In this document: piece after piece, positions 52,647 through 63,969 of the stretch | Layout: each line of letters opens with the position of its first letter | Numbering within the stretch: position 1 is the stretch's first letter | Origin: Felis catus | Taxonomy: Eukaryota | DNA length: 64,000 bases | Reading direction: 5' to 3' | Assembly: GCF_018350175.1 (NCBI RefSeq) | Contig: NC_058369.1 | Coordinates: 10,850,001 to 10,914,000 of the forward strand | The notes under the pieces: model-generated | Databases searched by the model: none | Told to the model about the DNA's origin: nothing | Seen by the model: the letters and a program-made list of their open reading frames with translations, nothing else | Translations under genes and position numbers: made by a program

Positions 52647-53799
52647 TAATGTGAGTACATTTCACACAAACTTTCATTACTCACAGAATTGAAATACTAC
52701 TTTTATAGTTTGGAGTGCAGAAATTCATTTTAATATGTTGTATGTGGATATGGTCCCCTTCAGGAATGCACTCGGACATATCTGATAGGTTCTGTGTGGT
52801 TTTTTTTCAATCAGCTTCTTTCCTAAGGAATCATATATTTTACAGTTTTACTAAGAAGTTCTTCAAGAATTTCAGGAATATACATCGAGTGCTGACCATG
52901 TGTCAGGCATTATCTGAGGAATGAGCATAACGTGTTAAAGAAAAAAAGTCCTACAATGATAGAGAAAAAATATAAGCATATAAAAGAATTGTATAATTTT
53001 TTAGATGGTGACAGGTGCATGTGTGCATAGCACATGAAGAAAAGAAAAACAGGCATAAAACAGAGCAAATAGGGCACTCTATTTGTGTGGGTATTTGGCC
53101 ATATTCTGCAACAAGGTGATATCGGAACACAAACCCTGATAGAAAAGAGAGGTAGATGTGGGATTATGGAGGAAATGCGTGCCCAGCAGACAGAATGCAG
53201 GTCGGTGCAGAGGCCCTGAGGAAGGTACTTGTTTCAGATGTTCAAGTCAAAAAGCAAAGCCAGTGCTGCAAGGGGAATGAGCCTGGGGGACACTGAGGAC
53301 AGATGCTGTCACACATGTGATGATGGAAGTAGTCTCTCTGCTACAACTGTGACCTCAGGACACAGGGCCGTTCTTGTCCACACTACCTCTCCCTCTGTAT
53401 TCATCATGCTGCAAAGACATCCCATGAACTGACACAGATCTCCATCTTGGTGCCTGCTCTTGACTGAGTTCTGGCCCCTGTATTGTGTCACCTTGAGATT
53501 AGGAGTCCTGGCCCCTGTTGTGAGGACTGCTCACCCTCTACAAGTCACACAAACACACAGGACACCGTGGTCTTCTGGGTTGTGTAATCCCCATCTTTAC
53601 CGCCCATGCCATCCAGGTTATGCTGGGAATGGATACAACCCAAATAGACCAGATCAGCGAAATTTCCCCTGAAAAATGTAGAAATGGCTCCTGGAAATGT
53701 TAATTCCTAAGCCTCCCATAAACAAATGAAGTTGAAGCTCCATGCTGGGATGGCCATCTCCTGTTGTGTATTTCACAAACTTAAATATATACATATGCT

Positions 53800-56700
53800 A
53801 TGTCTGGGATGCAGCAAAGGCCGTCATAAGAGGAAAATATATAGCAATCCAGGCCTTCCTAAAGAAGGAAGAAAGATCTCAGATACACAACCTATCCTTA
53901 TGCTTTAAGGAGCTGGAAAAAGAACAGCAAATAAAACTCAAAACCAGCAGAAGACAGGAAATGATAAAGATTAGAGCAGAAATTAATGCTATCGAAACCA
54001 AAAAAAAAAAAAAAAAACAGTAGAACAGATCAATGAAATCAGAAGCTGGTTCTGTGAAATAATTAATAAAACTGATAAACTTCTAACCAGTTTGATCAAG
54101 AAGAAAAAGGAAAGGACCCAAATAAATAAAATCAAGAATGAAAGAGGAGACATCACAACCAACNNNNNNNNNNNNNNNNNNNNNNNNNNNNNNNNNNNNN
54201 NNNNNNNNNNNNNNNNNNNNNNNNNNNNNNNNNNNNNNNNNNNNNNNNNNNNNNNNNNNNNNNNNNNNNNNNNNNNNNNNNNNNNNNNNNNNNNNNNNNN
54301 NNNNNNNNNNNNNNNNNNNNNAAATCGAATTAGTAATAAAAAATCTGCCAAAAAACAAGAGTCCAGGGTCAGATGCAAATTCTATCAAATATTTAAGGAA
54401 GAGTTAACACCTATTCTCTTGAAACTGTTCCAAAAAAAAAAAAAAATAGAAATGGAAGGAAAACTTCCAAACTCTTTCTATGAAGCCAACATTACCTTGA
54501 TTCCAAAACCTGACAGAGACCCCACTGAAAAGGAGAACTAGAGACCAATTTTCCTGATGAACATGGATGCAAAAATCCTCAACAAGATATTAGCCAACCA
54601 GATCCAACAATACATTAAAAAAAGTATTCACCACGACCAAGCAGGATTTATACCTGGGGTGCAGGGCTGGTTCAGTATCTACAAAACAATTAACGTGATT
54701 CATCACATCAAAAAAGAAAGGACAAGAACCATATGATTCTCTCAATAGATGCAGAGAAAGCATTTGACAAAATACAGCATCCTTTCTTGATAAAAACCCT
54801 CAAGAAAGTAGGGATAGAAGGAGCATACCTCAAGATCATAAAAGCCATATATGAACCACCCAACGCTAATGTCATCCTCAATGGGGAAAAACTGAGAGCT
54901 TTCCCCCTAAGGTCAGGAACAACACAGGGATGTCCACTCTCGCCACTGTTATTCAACTTAGTATTGGAAGCCTTAGCCTCTGCGACCAGACAACACAAAG
55001 AAATAAAAGGCATCCATCCAAATCGGCCAGGAGGAGATCAAACTTTCACTCTTCGCAGATGACATGATACTCTATATGGAAAACCCGAAAGATTCCACCA
55101 AAAACTGCTAGAACTGATTCATGAATTTGGCAAAGCTGCAGGATATAAAATCAATGCGCAGAAATCGATTGTATTCCTATACACCAACAATGAAGCAACA
55201 GAAAGAGAAATCAAGGAATTGATCCCATTTACAGTTGCACAAAAAACCATAAACTACCNNNNNNNNNNNNNNNNNNNNNNNNNNNNNNNNNNNNNNNNNN
55301 NNNNNNNNNNNNNNNNNNNNNNNNNNNNNNNNNNNNNNNNNNNNNNNNNNNNNNNNNNNNNNNNNNNNNNNNNNNNNNNNNNNNNNNNNNNNNNNNNNNN
55401 NNNNNNNNNNNNNNNNNNNNNNNNNNNNNNNNNNNNNNNNNNNNNNNNNNNNNNNNNNNNNNNNNCAGAGCTAGGACAAATAATCCTAAAATTTATATGG
55501 AACCGGAAAAGACCCTGAATTACCAAGGCTATCTTGAAAAAGAAAACCAAAGCAGGAGGCATCACAATCCCAGACTTCAAGCTATACTACAAAGCTGTAA
55601 TCATCAAGACAGTATGGTACTGGCACAAGAACAGACACTCAGATCAATGGAACAGAATAAAGAACCCAGAAATGGACCCACAAACCTATGGCCAACTAAT
55701 CTTTGACAAAGCAGGAAAGAATATCCAATGGAATAAAGACAGTGTCTTCAGCAAGTGGTGCTGGGAAAACTGGACAGCAACTTGCAGAAGAATGAACCTG
55801 GACCACTTTCTTACACCAGACACAAAAATAAACTTAACATGGATGAAAGACCTAAATAGAAGGCGGGAAGCCTTCAAAATCCTTGAGGAGAAAGCAGGCA
55901 AAAACCTCTTTGATCTTGGCCACAGCAACTTCTTACTGAACACGACTCTGGGGGCAAGGGAAACAAAAGCAAAAATGAACTGGGACCTCATCAAAACAAA
56001 AAGCTTCTGCACAGTGAAGGAAACGATCAGCAAAACTAAAAGGCAACCGACAGAATGGGAGAAGATATTTGCAAATGACATATCAGAGAAAGGGTTAGTA
56101 TCCAAATTCTATAAAAAACTTATCAAACTCAACACCCAAGAAACAAATAATCCATTGAAGAAATGGGCAAAAGACACGAATAGACACTTCTCCAAGGAAG
56201 ACATCCAGATGGCCAACCGACACATGAAAAAATGCTCCACATCACTCATCATCAGGGAAATACAAATCAAAGCCACAATGAGATACCACCTTACACCTGT
56301 CAGAATGGCTAACATTAACAACTCAGGCAACAACAGATGTTGGCGAGGATGCAGAGAGAGAGGATCTCTTTTGCTTTGTTGGTGGCAACGCAAGCTGGTG
56401 CAGCCACTCTGGAAAACAGTATGGAGGTTACTCAAAAAACTAAAATTAGAACTACCCTACGACCCAGCAATTGTACTACTAGGCATTTATCTACTAGGGA
56501 TACAGGTGTGCTGTTTCGAAGGGACACATGCACCCCCATGTTTATGGCAGCACTATCAACAATAGCCAAAGTATGGAAAGAGCCCAAATGGCCATCGATG
56601 GATGAATGGATAAAGAATATGCGGTATGTAGATATACAATGGAGTATTACTCGGCAATCAAAAAGAATGAAATCTTGCCATTTGCAACTACATGGATGGA

Positions 56701-57035
56701 ACTGGAGAGTATTATGTTAAATGAAATTAGTCAGTCAGACAAAGACAAAAATCATATGACTTCACTCATATGAGGACTTTAAGAGACAAAACAGATGAAT
56801 ATAGGGAATAGAAACAAAAATAATATAAAAACAGGGAGGGGGCAAAACAGAAGGGACTCATAAATATGGAGAACAAACTGAGGGTTATTGCAGGGGTTGT
56901 GGGAGGGGGGATGGGCTAAATGGGTAAGAGGCACTAAGGAATCTACTCCTGAAATCATTGTTGCACTATATGCTAACTAATTTGGATGTAAATTTAAAAA
57001 AATAAAAAGTTAAATTGAAAAAAATTTAAAAAATA
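53800..57035 (+). mobile_element. 5'-truncated LINE-1 (ORF2 with RT and C-terminal domains, 3' UTR, poly-A), disrupted
   Basis: [59 protein letters not shown]; felid-type 3' UTR; stops, frameshifts and two N gaps. Confidence 0.95.
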
Positions 57036-57199
57036 AACTAGATTGAAGATATATATATATATTAAACATATGTATTAAACATATTAAACAAATGTATGTA
57101 TGTATATATACACATATATATATACACACATATATGCATACATACATTTGTTTAATAAGTGGAAAGACAGGGATGGTGAATGAAATGGATGAGGCAGAG

Positions 57200-57858
57200 T
57201 GTGCAGAATAAGCTTAGGAGTTCCCTGAGCTTGCACCGATGAGTTAACAAGGCATAAAGAAAGAGAAGCCACAGGATGAAGGCATCCAACATTAGGCAAA
57301 CAGGGCAAAGGTCCCCAGTTTAGGACAAAAGTATAGGAATAGGAAATCTCAGCATGGAAGCATCCAAAATGAGGTAAAAAGATTAGATATTCAGGGCGGT
57401 AATGCCACCCCCATTTAGTACCCAGGAAGGAAGGACCCAAATAGGTCAACAGGTAAACAGGGCTATGGACCTCAGCAAGGGGAAGTTGCCCCAAGGGAAG
57501 CTAATTAGCAAAAGAAAGGTGCCTTATTGACCCCAAGGTAGCATGCTCTGTCTTCTGCCCTAGGCAAGTTTAGGTAAACAGAGGTGGTGCCTCATGTCTG
57601 CTGTAAACAACCACTTGCCCAGTGCCGGGATGTCTTCAAAGCCCCCTTTCCCTCACACACCTGAGTTAATGTTCATGGTTTATTGTCTCTTTGTGCACAT
57701 CCGTCATGCTTGTAAACCTTCTGATCCTAATAAAAATGGAGCAAGGACCTTTACTCGGGGCTCTTGTCTCCTCCCAGACATTAGCCTCTCTTGCATTTTA
57801 ACCCTGCATCCACTCTCTTGCTGGACAAGAGAGAACTCCAGACCCAGAGTCTCTGACA
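57200..57858 (+). repeat. 5' LTR of the provirus
   Basis: Starts TGTGCAGAATAAGCTTAGG, ends CTCTGACA, followed by GA and the PBS. Colinear with 63283-63969. Confidence 0.93.
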
Positions 57859-57860
57859 GA

Positions 57861-57878
57861 TGGTGACCCCGACATGAT
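57861..57878 (+). promoter_or_regulatory. Primer binding site complementary to tRNA-Trp
   Basis: TGGTGACCCCGACATGAT matches 17/18 of TGGTGACCCCGACGTGAT, the complement of the vertebrate tRNA-Trp 3' end and the ASLV PBS. The mismatch is a CpG-type decay. Confidence 0.88.
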
Positions 57879-58079
57879 CAGAGTCAAGAGGACTATAGGC
57901 TGATGTGGGCAGAACCCGGGGTGGCCAGGAGGCGGTGCAACTCAAAGACTGCAGGACCCACGGAAAGACTAAAGAGCTCCAAGAAAAATGCACGGGGTTA
58001 CAGTCTCTTCCTGACAAGGTAAGAGATAAAGTGAAAGTATATTACGATTTGCTGCTGCTGAACTTTTGAGAGATTTATT

Positions 58080-59110
58080 ATAGGAAACTCCCTCTCCCCA
58101 AAACAGGAACAATACATTCGTATTTTATAATCATTGGGAAAGGTGGCCGACACTATCCTCAGTCAGAAGGCACTCCTTAAATAACTAATGATTACCCAGC
58201 AACACTGCCCTTGGTTCCCAAAACAAGGTATTTGTGGACTTGATATTTGGGAACAAGTAGGGAAAACATTTAAAGCTGGGTATTCTGAGGAGGTTAGTGT
58301 CCCCCAAAGATAATCCTCGCTTAGCCCATTGACCATACTGCCCTTGAGTTCAGAGGATGTAGATAAAGATGTAAACTTACCCAGGGGCTCCTGGGTGGCT
58401 CAGTCAGTGAAGGGTCTGACTTCAGTTCAGTTCATGATCTCACGGCTCATGAGTTCAAGCCCCATGTCAGACTCTGTGCTGACAGCTCAGACCCTGGGGC
58501 CTGCTTCGGATTCTGTGTCTCCCTCTCTCTCTGTCCCTCCCCTGCTCATGCTCTGTCTCTCTCTCTCTCCTTCAAAACAAATAAACATTAAAAAAAATAA
58601 TTTAAAAGAAAGATTAAAGATGTAAAATTACCCCAAATAGAGGAAAACCCTGAACTTTTCATAGTCAACCTGTGCCTTCGGTGCCTTTGCAGCCAAAAGA
58701 TACTCCTCCTCTCCCAAAAGCGTGGGAAGATACGGAGCCTCTAAAAACCTCACCGACCGTTTCCGATAAAGTCCTCACCCCAATGCGAAAGTACTTTAAG
58801 GAAGCCCGTAAGGCCGGTAAGTTCCAGCGGTTTCCCGCTGTCAGGCAAAGTGGGCAATAGGTCCATGGAGGCCTGCTCTTTCCAGTAGCAAAAGAATTGC
58901 AAAAATCAGTTCAGCTGTATGTCCATCACAGCCCTATTACAATCGACATTTTGGAAAATACTTGGGGTACTTATTCCATGGGTGCCTGGGACTGGGGCTG
59001 TCTTATGAGCATCATTTTGACCCCAGCCCAGTATGCTGTCGGTGCCCAAGAGCTTCATGCTGCTTGCGTGGCTCCCGCTATGCAGAACTTTGACACTGCT
59101 ATTCCGGTGT
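58080..59110 (+). pseudogene. gag: Degraded betaretrovirus-like gag (MA and N-terminal CA), interrupted by a SINE
   Basis: HCPWFPKQG...LDIWEQVGKTFK (~58200-58275) resembles the beta MA motif CPWFPEQGTLDLKDWKRIG. KELQKSVQLYVHHSP and WDWGCLMSIILTPAQY (58890-59035) resemble beta CA NTD. Frameshifted; start approximate. Confidence 0.8.
58383..58612 (+). mobile_element. Carnivore SINE nested in proviral gag
   Basis: Canonical body; TSD TAAAGATGTAAA(C/A)TTACCC. Confidence 0.92.
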
Positions 59111-59899
59111 CCTGGGGGGGGGGGGGACTGGGGGGACACACAGATAAAATGTAATTAAGATAGACATGTCTTTTAAATTATTAAAATTAAATATTAAAAC
59201 TTTATTCTACTGAGGCTTACTGAAGGCCAAATAAGCTCCTGTGATCTCTGTTCCAATTTGTTAGCAAAAGGATGACTTACAGTAATAGTTAACTTTGTCT
59301 CACAGTTTTCATGGGTAATTGTTAAAATAGCTTTCAGGGTCTTTGGCAACCTAAAACTTTAGCGTTTTGCTCAAAGGATAAATTGAATTAAGTTCACCGG
59401 ACATTTAGGCCTCTTCCACATCAAACAGAACGCTGAAACATTGCTTACTAAACACGGTTTATGCTTCCGACTTCTTATGGCAAAGAAAAAAAAAAAACGA
59501 AGAACAGGTAAATCCATAAAAAACATGCATTATGCTTAATGGATTCATAAGTCGGCCACCTAAAAACTTTCTGATGTAACAGACAATTCACAGTTGGTTA
59601 CTATTTAATTTTCAATGGAGACGAAAGGTTTCTAAGAGTTAAAATTCTGCTAAATGTTATTAAGGCTGATGGAAATAAGTAACTTCGTATATAAAAAAGT
59701 AAGAGATATGTAAGAAAGATTAAAAAATGAAAATACGTGTTTCTTAAAGGTAATAAACAAATACATAAACATGTTTATTTATAAATAAATATATCTTTAT
59801 ATTTTATAAATAAATAAATAATTTTTATTAAATATAACTTATTGTCTTATAAATTAAAGAAATAATTTGCATATTTATTGACGATTAAATAAACAAATT

Positions 59900-60128
59900 T
59901 ATTTTATTATGATTATAATTGGTTTCCATACAACACCCAGTGCTCATCCCAAAAGGTACCCTCCTCAATGCCCGTCACCCACTTTCCCCTCTCCCGCACC
60001 CCCCATCAACCCTCAGTTTGTTCTCAGTATTTAAGAGTCTCTTATGGTTTGCCTCCCTCCCTCTCTGTAAGTTTTTTTCCCCCCTTCCCCTCCCCCATGG
60101 TCTTCTGTGAAGTTTCTCAGGATCCAAA

Positions 60129-60163
<35 letters not shown>

Positions 60164-60167
60164 AATT
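59900..60167 (-). mobile_element. L1 3' UTR fragment nested in the provirus
   Basis: ttggtttccatacaacacccagtgctcatccc...gaagtttctcaggatcca resembles the reverse complement of 13080-13300; flanked by A/T-rich tracts. Confidence 0.8.
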
Positions 60168-60194
60168 TTAACTAAAAGGGGGGAAAAAAGGACA

Positions 60195-61313
60195 ACGTGC
60201 CCTTTTAAGTTGTTTTACTGAAGCCTTGGTTGGAATTAGCCATTCCTCATGCTCCACAAGGCCAAGCAATTGTAAAATGGGCACATCATACACCCGAAAA
60301 GCATGTTGCACAAACCAAAAAAGGGGGGGAGGCCCTGGCTGTCTGTGATGAGGGAGCCTAAGGCAAGGTGACCGGCCGCAAACATCCCCTCCCAACCAGG
60401 TGGGATGTGTGTGATATTCCTTGGGCACTCCCGCTGCCCAAGAACAAAGGAAAGGGGCAAACAGAGGGTTAACTGATGGAGATCACAGTCCAGCAGGACC
60501 TGAGTCTCCATCACCTCTCCACAGTGATGGGGGAAACAGAGGCAGAAGGAAATGGCTAACAGAACTCCATTTCCTTACACCCTGCAGCCCACTGACAAAT
60601 ACGTGAGGCTGGCAGAGTAAAACGTTTCTCCAGGAACTCCTTGCTGTCTTACTGCTTTGCTAGAGGGAGGAACTATCTTCACTTGACACTAGCTAGGCCT
60701 CCAGTAACCTGGGAGCTGTCTTTAGCATATGAAAATCTCACTGGAAACTTCCCCTGGACCTTACCTCCCCCAGCTCCGTAGTGCAAAACCAGTCTCTCCT
60801 CAGGGTCCCTGGGCAGCTCTTCCTGCCCACGGGTGTCCCCATGCCTCAATAAATCACCTCTTGGCACAAAAGACATCTTCGAGAATTCCTTCTTGGTCAT
60901 CGGCTCCAGACCCCACGAACCCCACTAGCACCCCAAAAAACCTCATCAGTCTGCATGACAACCTCAGCTCCTTCTTGATCATGCTATGATTACTCTTCAC
61001 TTTTTAAGTCTTAATCCTGGAGGATCTTCACTTTTTAAATCCTAATCCTCAAGGACCAACTACAGCTGAGTGACATTCTTCAAAACCAGATCAACCCTAT
61101 CACCCTATGGCGCTACGCAAACCCCCAGAACGGGGGCCCACACGGACTGTCCCCCTTCGACTTCTCACCTGCGGTCGAGGATATGCTTGCGTACTTTCAG
61201 ATTCTGGACTTCTGTGGATTCCCTCTCGGTTGGTGAAGGCTTACCGTGGCATGATGGAGACACCCGGGATATCTTCCCATGAGCCAGGGCATCCGGAGAA
61301 TGATTCTGAATGA
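60195..61313 (+). pseudogene. pol: Integrase C-terminal remnant of pol, split by a nested solo LTR
   Basis: IPHAPQGQAIV..AHHT (60240-60295), PQLLLDHAMITLHFL (~60963-61007) and CGRGYACV...LWIPSRLVK (ORF 61107..61313) match betaretroviral IN motifs (IPYNPQGQAIVERA, LALYTLNFL, WGRGYACV..WIP). Confidence 0.85.
60346..60948 (+). mobile_element. Solo LTR of an unrelated family nested in the proviral integrase
   Basis: Termini TGATGAGG...CCTCATCA (8-bp inverted repeat), TSD GTCTG at 60341-60345 and 60949-60953, AATAAA near 60848. IN similarity resumes after it. Confidence 0.88.
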
Positions 61314-63311
61314 GCAGCCCCTGCCCCCCTTCTTCAAGATGGAAGAAGCTTCTTGGTGGACTCCCCATCCTGAAGCCACTCCACAAACACAAATCCCTGC
61401 CCCTGATAGAACATGGGGAAGCCTTAAACGTCTGTCTACCGGCATCCTCTTACAAGAAAATTACATTGCATATACCCTGATTCACATCTGATGGCCATGA
61501 TTTCCATCACTAACAGGAATTTGATATGTGTAACACTGATTCCCCTCCTTGCTCTCATTTGTCGAAGCCAACCTCAGTATTCATATTGGGCTCATCTCCT
61601 TAACCCACCTATATTTGACAGCCTAACACTTCTGGACTGGGATATTCCTATTGGCCATTATGACACTGAGTTCCTGGGAGGAGCCAATCTTAACCCGCCC
61701 TTCCAAACGGGACAAGACCACTGGCTTTCTATGCCAAGACCTCAATGGTGGCTTCCTCCAGCACCTCCTGTGTGTGTTACTAAACTTAGCAACTTATCTG
61801 CTTGTCTCCAACTAAAAATCAGCTGGCTTTTATATGTACAACCCAAAACCTCTACAAGGCCAGACAATTTTACCTCCTTCTCAGCCACAGGCTTCATATA
61901 CCTCAAAAAAACAAACAAACAAACAAACATATCTCACACTCCTAATGTTCTAGCTTGCTCTACTCTCAAATATTCAGACCATCCCTGGAACATTCTCCCT
62001 GGACAACCTGTTATGGAGAAACAGCATAATCTTTGCTGGGGCAATTGAACTATTATTGACAGGGGTCCTAGAGGACATCGTGAAACAAAATACTGTAATA
62101 AGACCGTACGTTTTGGCCAGCCTAGTAGGGAGAATATTGTTTTGAAAGACAGAGGCTTGTCTGGCCCTATAATTTCTGCACATAAGAGGAGGTTAAAAGG
62201 ACCTGGGCTTGTTAATCTTTGGAAGCTAGGCCTTCCCTTCTTCATTCATACTGTTAGCCAAGGTGAAATTTATGTAAATTGACATATTAACATAACTTGG
62301 GCCTCCCCGCACAACCATCAATTTGCAGGGACCACTATTTGTATCCCTTCTTCCTACCTTCTCTTTGCTACCTCCACTTTACAGATCAAACAACTAGAAA
62401 ATAATTATAATATCTCTACCTCCCAGGGCTGGCTTGTGTCCTGCGTAAATAATGATAATATCACCCAATTAAACATCTCCTCTTTATTAGCACTTAAGCG
62501 CATCTCGGCCTGGCTTCCTGTTAATAGCTCTGAGCCCTATACGCATCCATCGGGACTAGGAGCTCTTTCCAAACTTGTTCAACACTGGCACTCAGCTGCA
62601 AGGCAGAAAGGATGTGTTGGCCTGTTAATCACGGGCATCCTAGCAGCAGCAGGCATTATCGCTTCTGCCACTGTAGCTGGACTCAGCCTGCATCATACTA
62701 TCCAGACAGCCCGTGTCCTTAATAAATTTATGGTCAACACTACGAAGGAATTTATAAGCCAGACTTCCATTGATAAACAAGTTCTGGCCCGCCTCGAAGC
62801 TCTTCAGGCGTCAGTGGAATTTATTGGAAAAAGACAGGAGGCCTTGTCCCTCCGCTCTAAACTGTCCTGCCACCCTAACTACCAGCATATTTGCATGGCT
62901 GGCCTTCCTTATAATCACTCCCAAGCTTGGGATGCTGTCCAGACACACTTTTGCAGTGTCTTCTCTCCCTACAACTCTAACAATATAGAAAATCTAGATG
63001 TGACATTGTGCCGACAGCTACAATATGCAGAAGATCCGCTTAAAAATGAACGGGCTGATTCCTGGGCAATGTGGCGCGACCTAAATCCTTTCTCACTTAC
63101 AGCCAACACTCATCTCAAATTCTGGATAACTCTGGGAAGCGGAATGCTTCCACTGTGTCTCTTTTTGTGTCTTTGCGGAATCACCCTCCAAGCCTTCCGA
63201 CACCAAACGAAGGACCAGGAGCTCATCGTGACGGTCCTGGAACACGAAACTCGAAGAACCAAGAAAAACAAAAGGGGGGAACTGTGGGGAATAAGCTTAG
63301 GAATTCCCTGA
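61279..63311 (+). pseudogene. env: Beta-type env, disrupted in leader/SU; 3' SU + TM open from 62283 to 63311
   Basis: TWGSLKRL leader motif, YSYWAHLLNPP, TIIDRGPRG, WLPVN, fusion peptide after RQKG, heptad, CX7C loop CHPNYQHIC (MMTV CHANYDFIC-like) and a TM anchor. Frameshift near 61490; in-frame TGA at 62046 and 62280. Confidence 0.9.
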
Positions 63312-63969
63312 GCTTGCACAGATGCCTTAACAAGGCATAAAGAGACACAGGATGAAGGCATCCAAGATTAGGTAAAGAGGGCAAAGGCCCCCACCATAGG
63401 ACAAAAGTATAGGAATGGGAAATCTCTGCACAGAAGCATCCAAAATGAGGGGAAAAGATTAGGCATTCAGGACTGAAATGCCCCCCAACTGAATACAATA
63501 GCAGAAAGCTATTTTCCAGGAAGGAAGGACTAAAATTAGGTAAATGGGTAAACAGGGCTGTAGACCTCAGCAAGGGGAAGTTGCCCCAAGGGGAGCTAAT
63601 TAGCAAAAGAAAGGTGCCTTGATGACCCCTAGGTAGCCTGCTTTGTCTGGCTTGCCCCTAGGCCAGTTTAGGTAAACAGAGGTGGCCCCTCAAGTCTGCT
63701 TTAAACAACCTTCTGCCTGGCCCCAGGATTTGTTTTGCATTGACCCAAACCCCTAACACCACACGTCATCAAAGCCCCGCTTCCCCCACGCCCATGAGTT
63801 AATATGGACGGTTCCATTGTCCCTGTGCACACCCATCAAGCCTGTAAGCCTCCAGATCCTAATGAAAGCAGAACAAGGACCCTTACTTGGGGCTCTGGTC
63901 TCCTCCCTGACATTAGCCTCACTCGCATTATAATCTTCCCTTGCTAGACAAGACCCAGAGTCTAGGACA
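63283..63969 (+). repeat. 3' LTR of the provirus
   Basis: Preceded by PPT AAAACAAAAGGGGGGAAC, starts TGTGGGGAATAAGCTTAGG, ends CTAGGACA, followed by TSD GCAGAG. Confidence 0.93.

Larger units (their letters stand above)
57200..63969 (+). mobile_element. Defective class II (betaretrovirus-like) endogenous provirus
   Basis: Paired TG...CA LTRs; 6-bp TSD GCAGAG at 57194-57199 and 63970-63975; PBS at 57861; polypurine tract before 63283; beta-type gag, IN and env motifs. Confidence 0.95.

Noticed and set aside
55534-56565. 343-aa ORF as a host gene
   Set aside because: C-terminal part of L1 ORF2 in a truncated, disrupted element.
62436-63311. Env as a syncytin-like domesticated gene
   Set aside because: Leader and SU are broken by a frameshift and two stops and the furin site is altered, so no full-length fusogen can be encoded.
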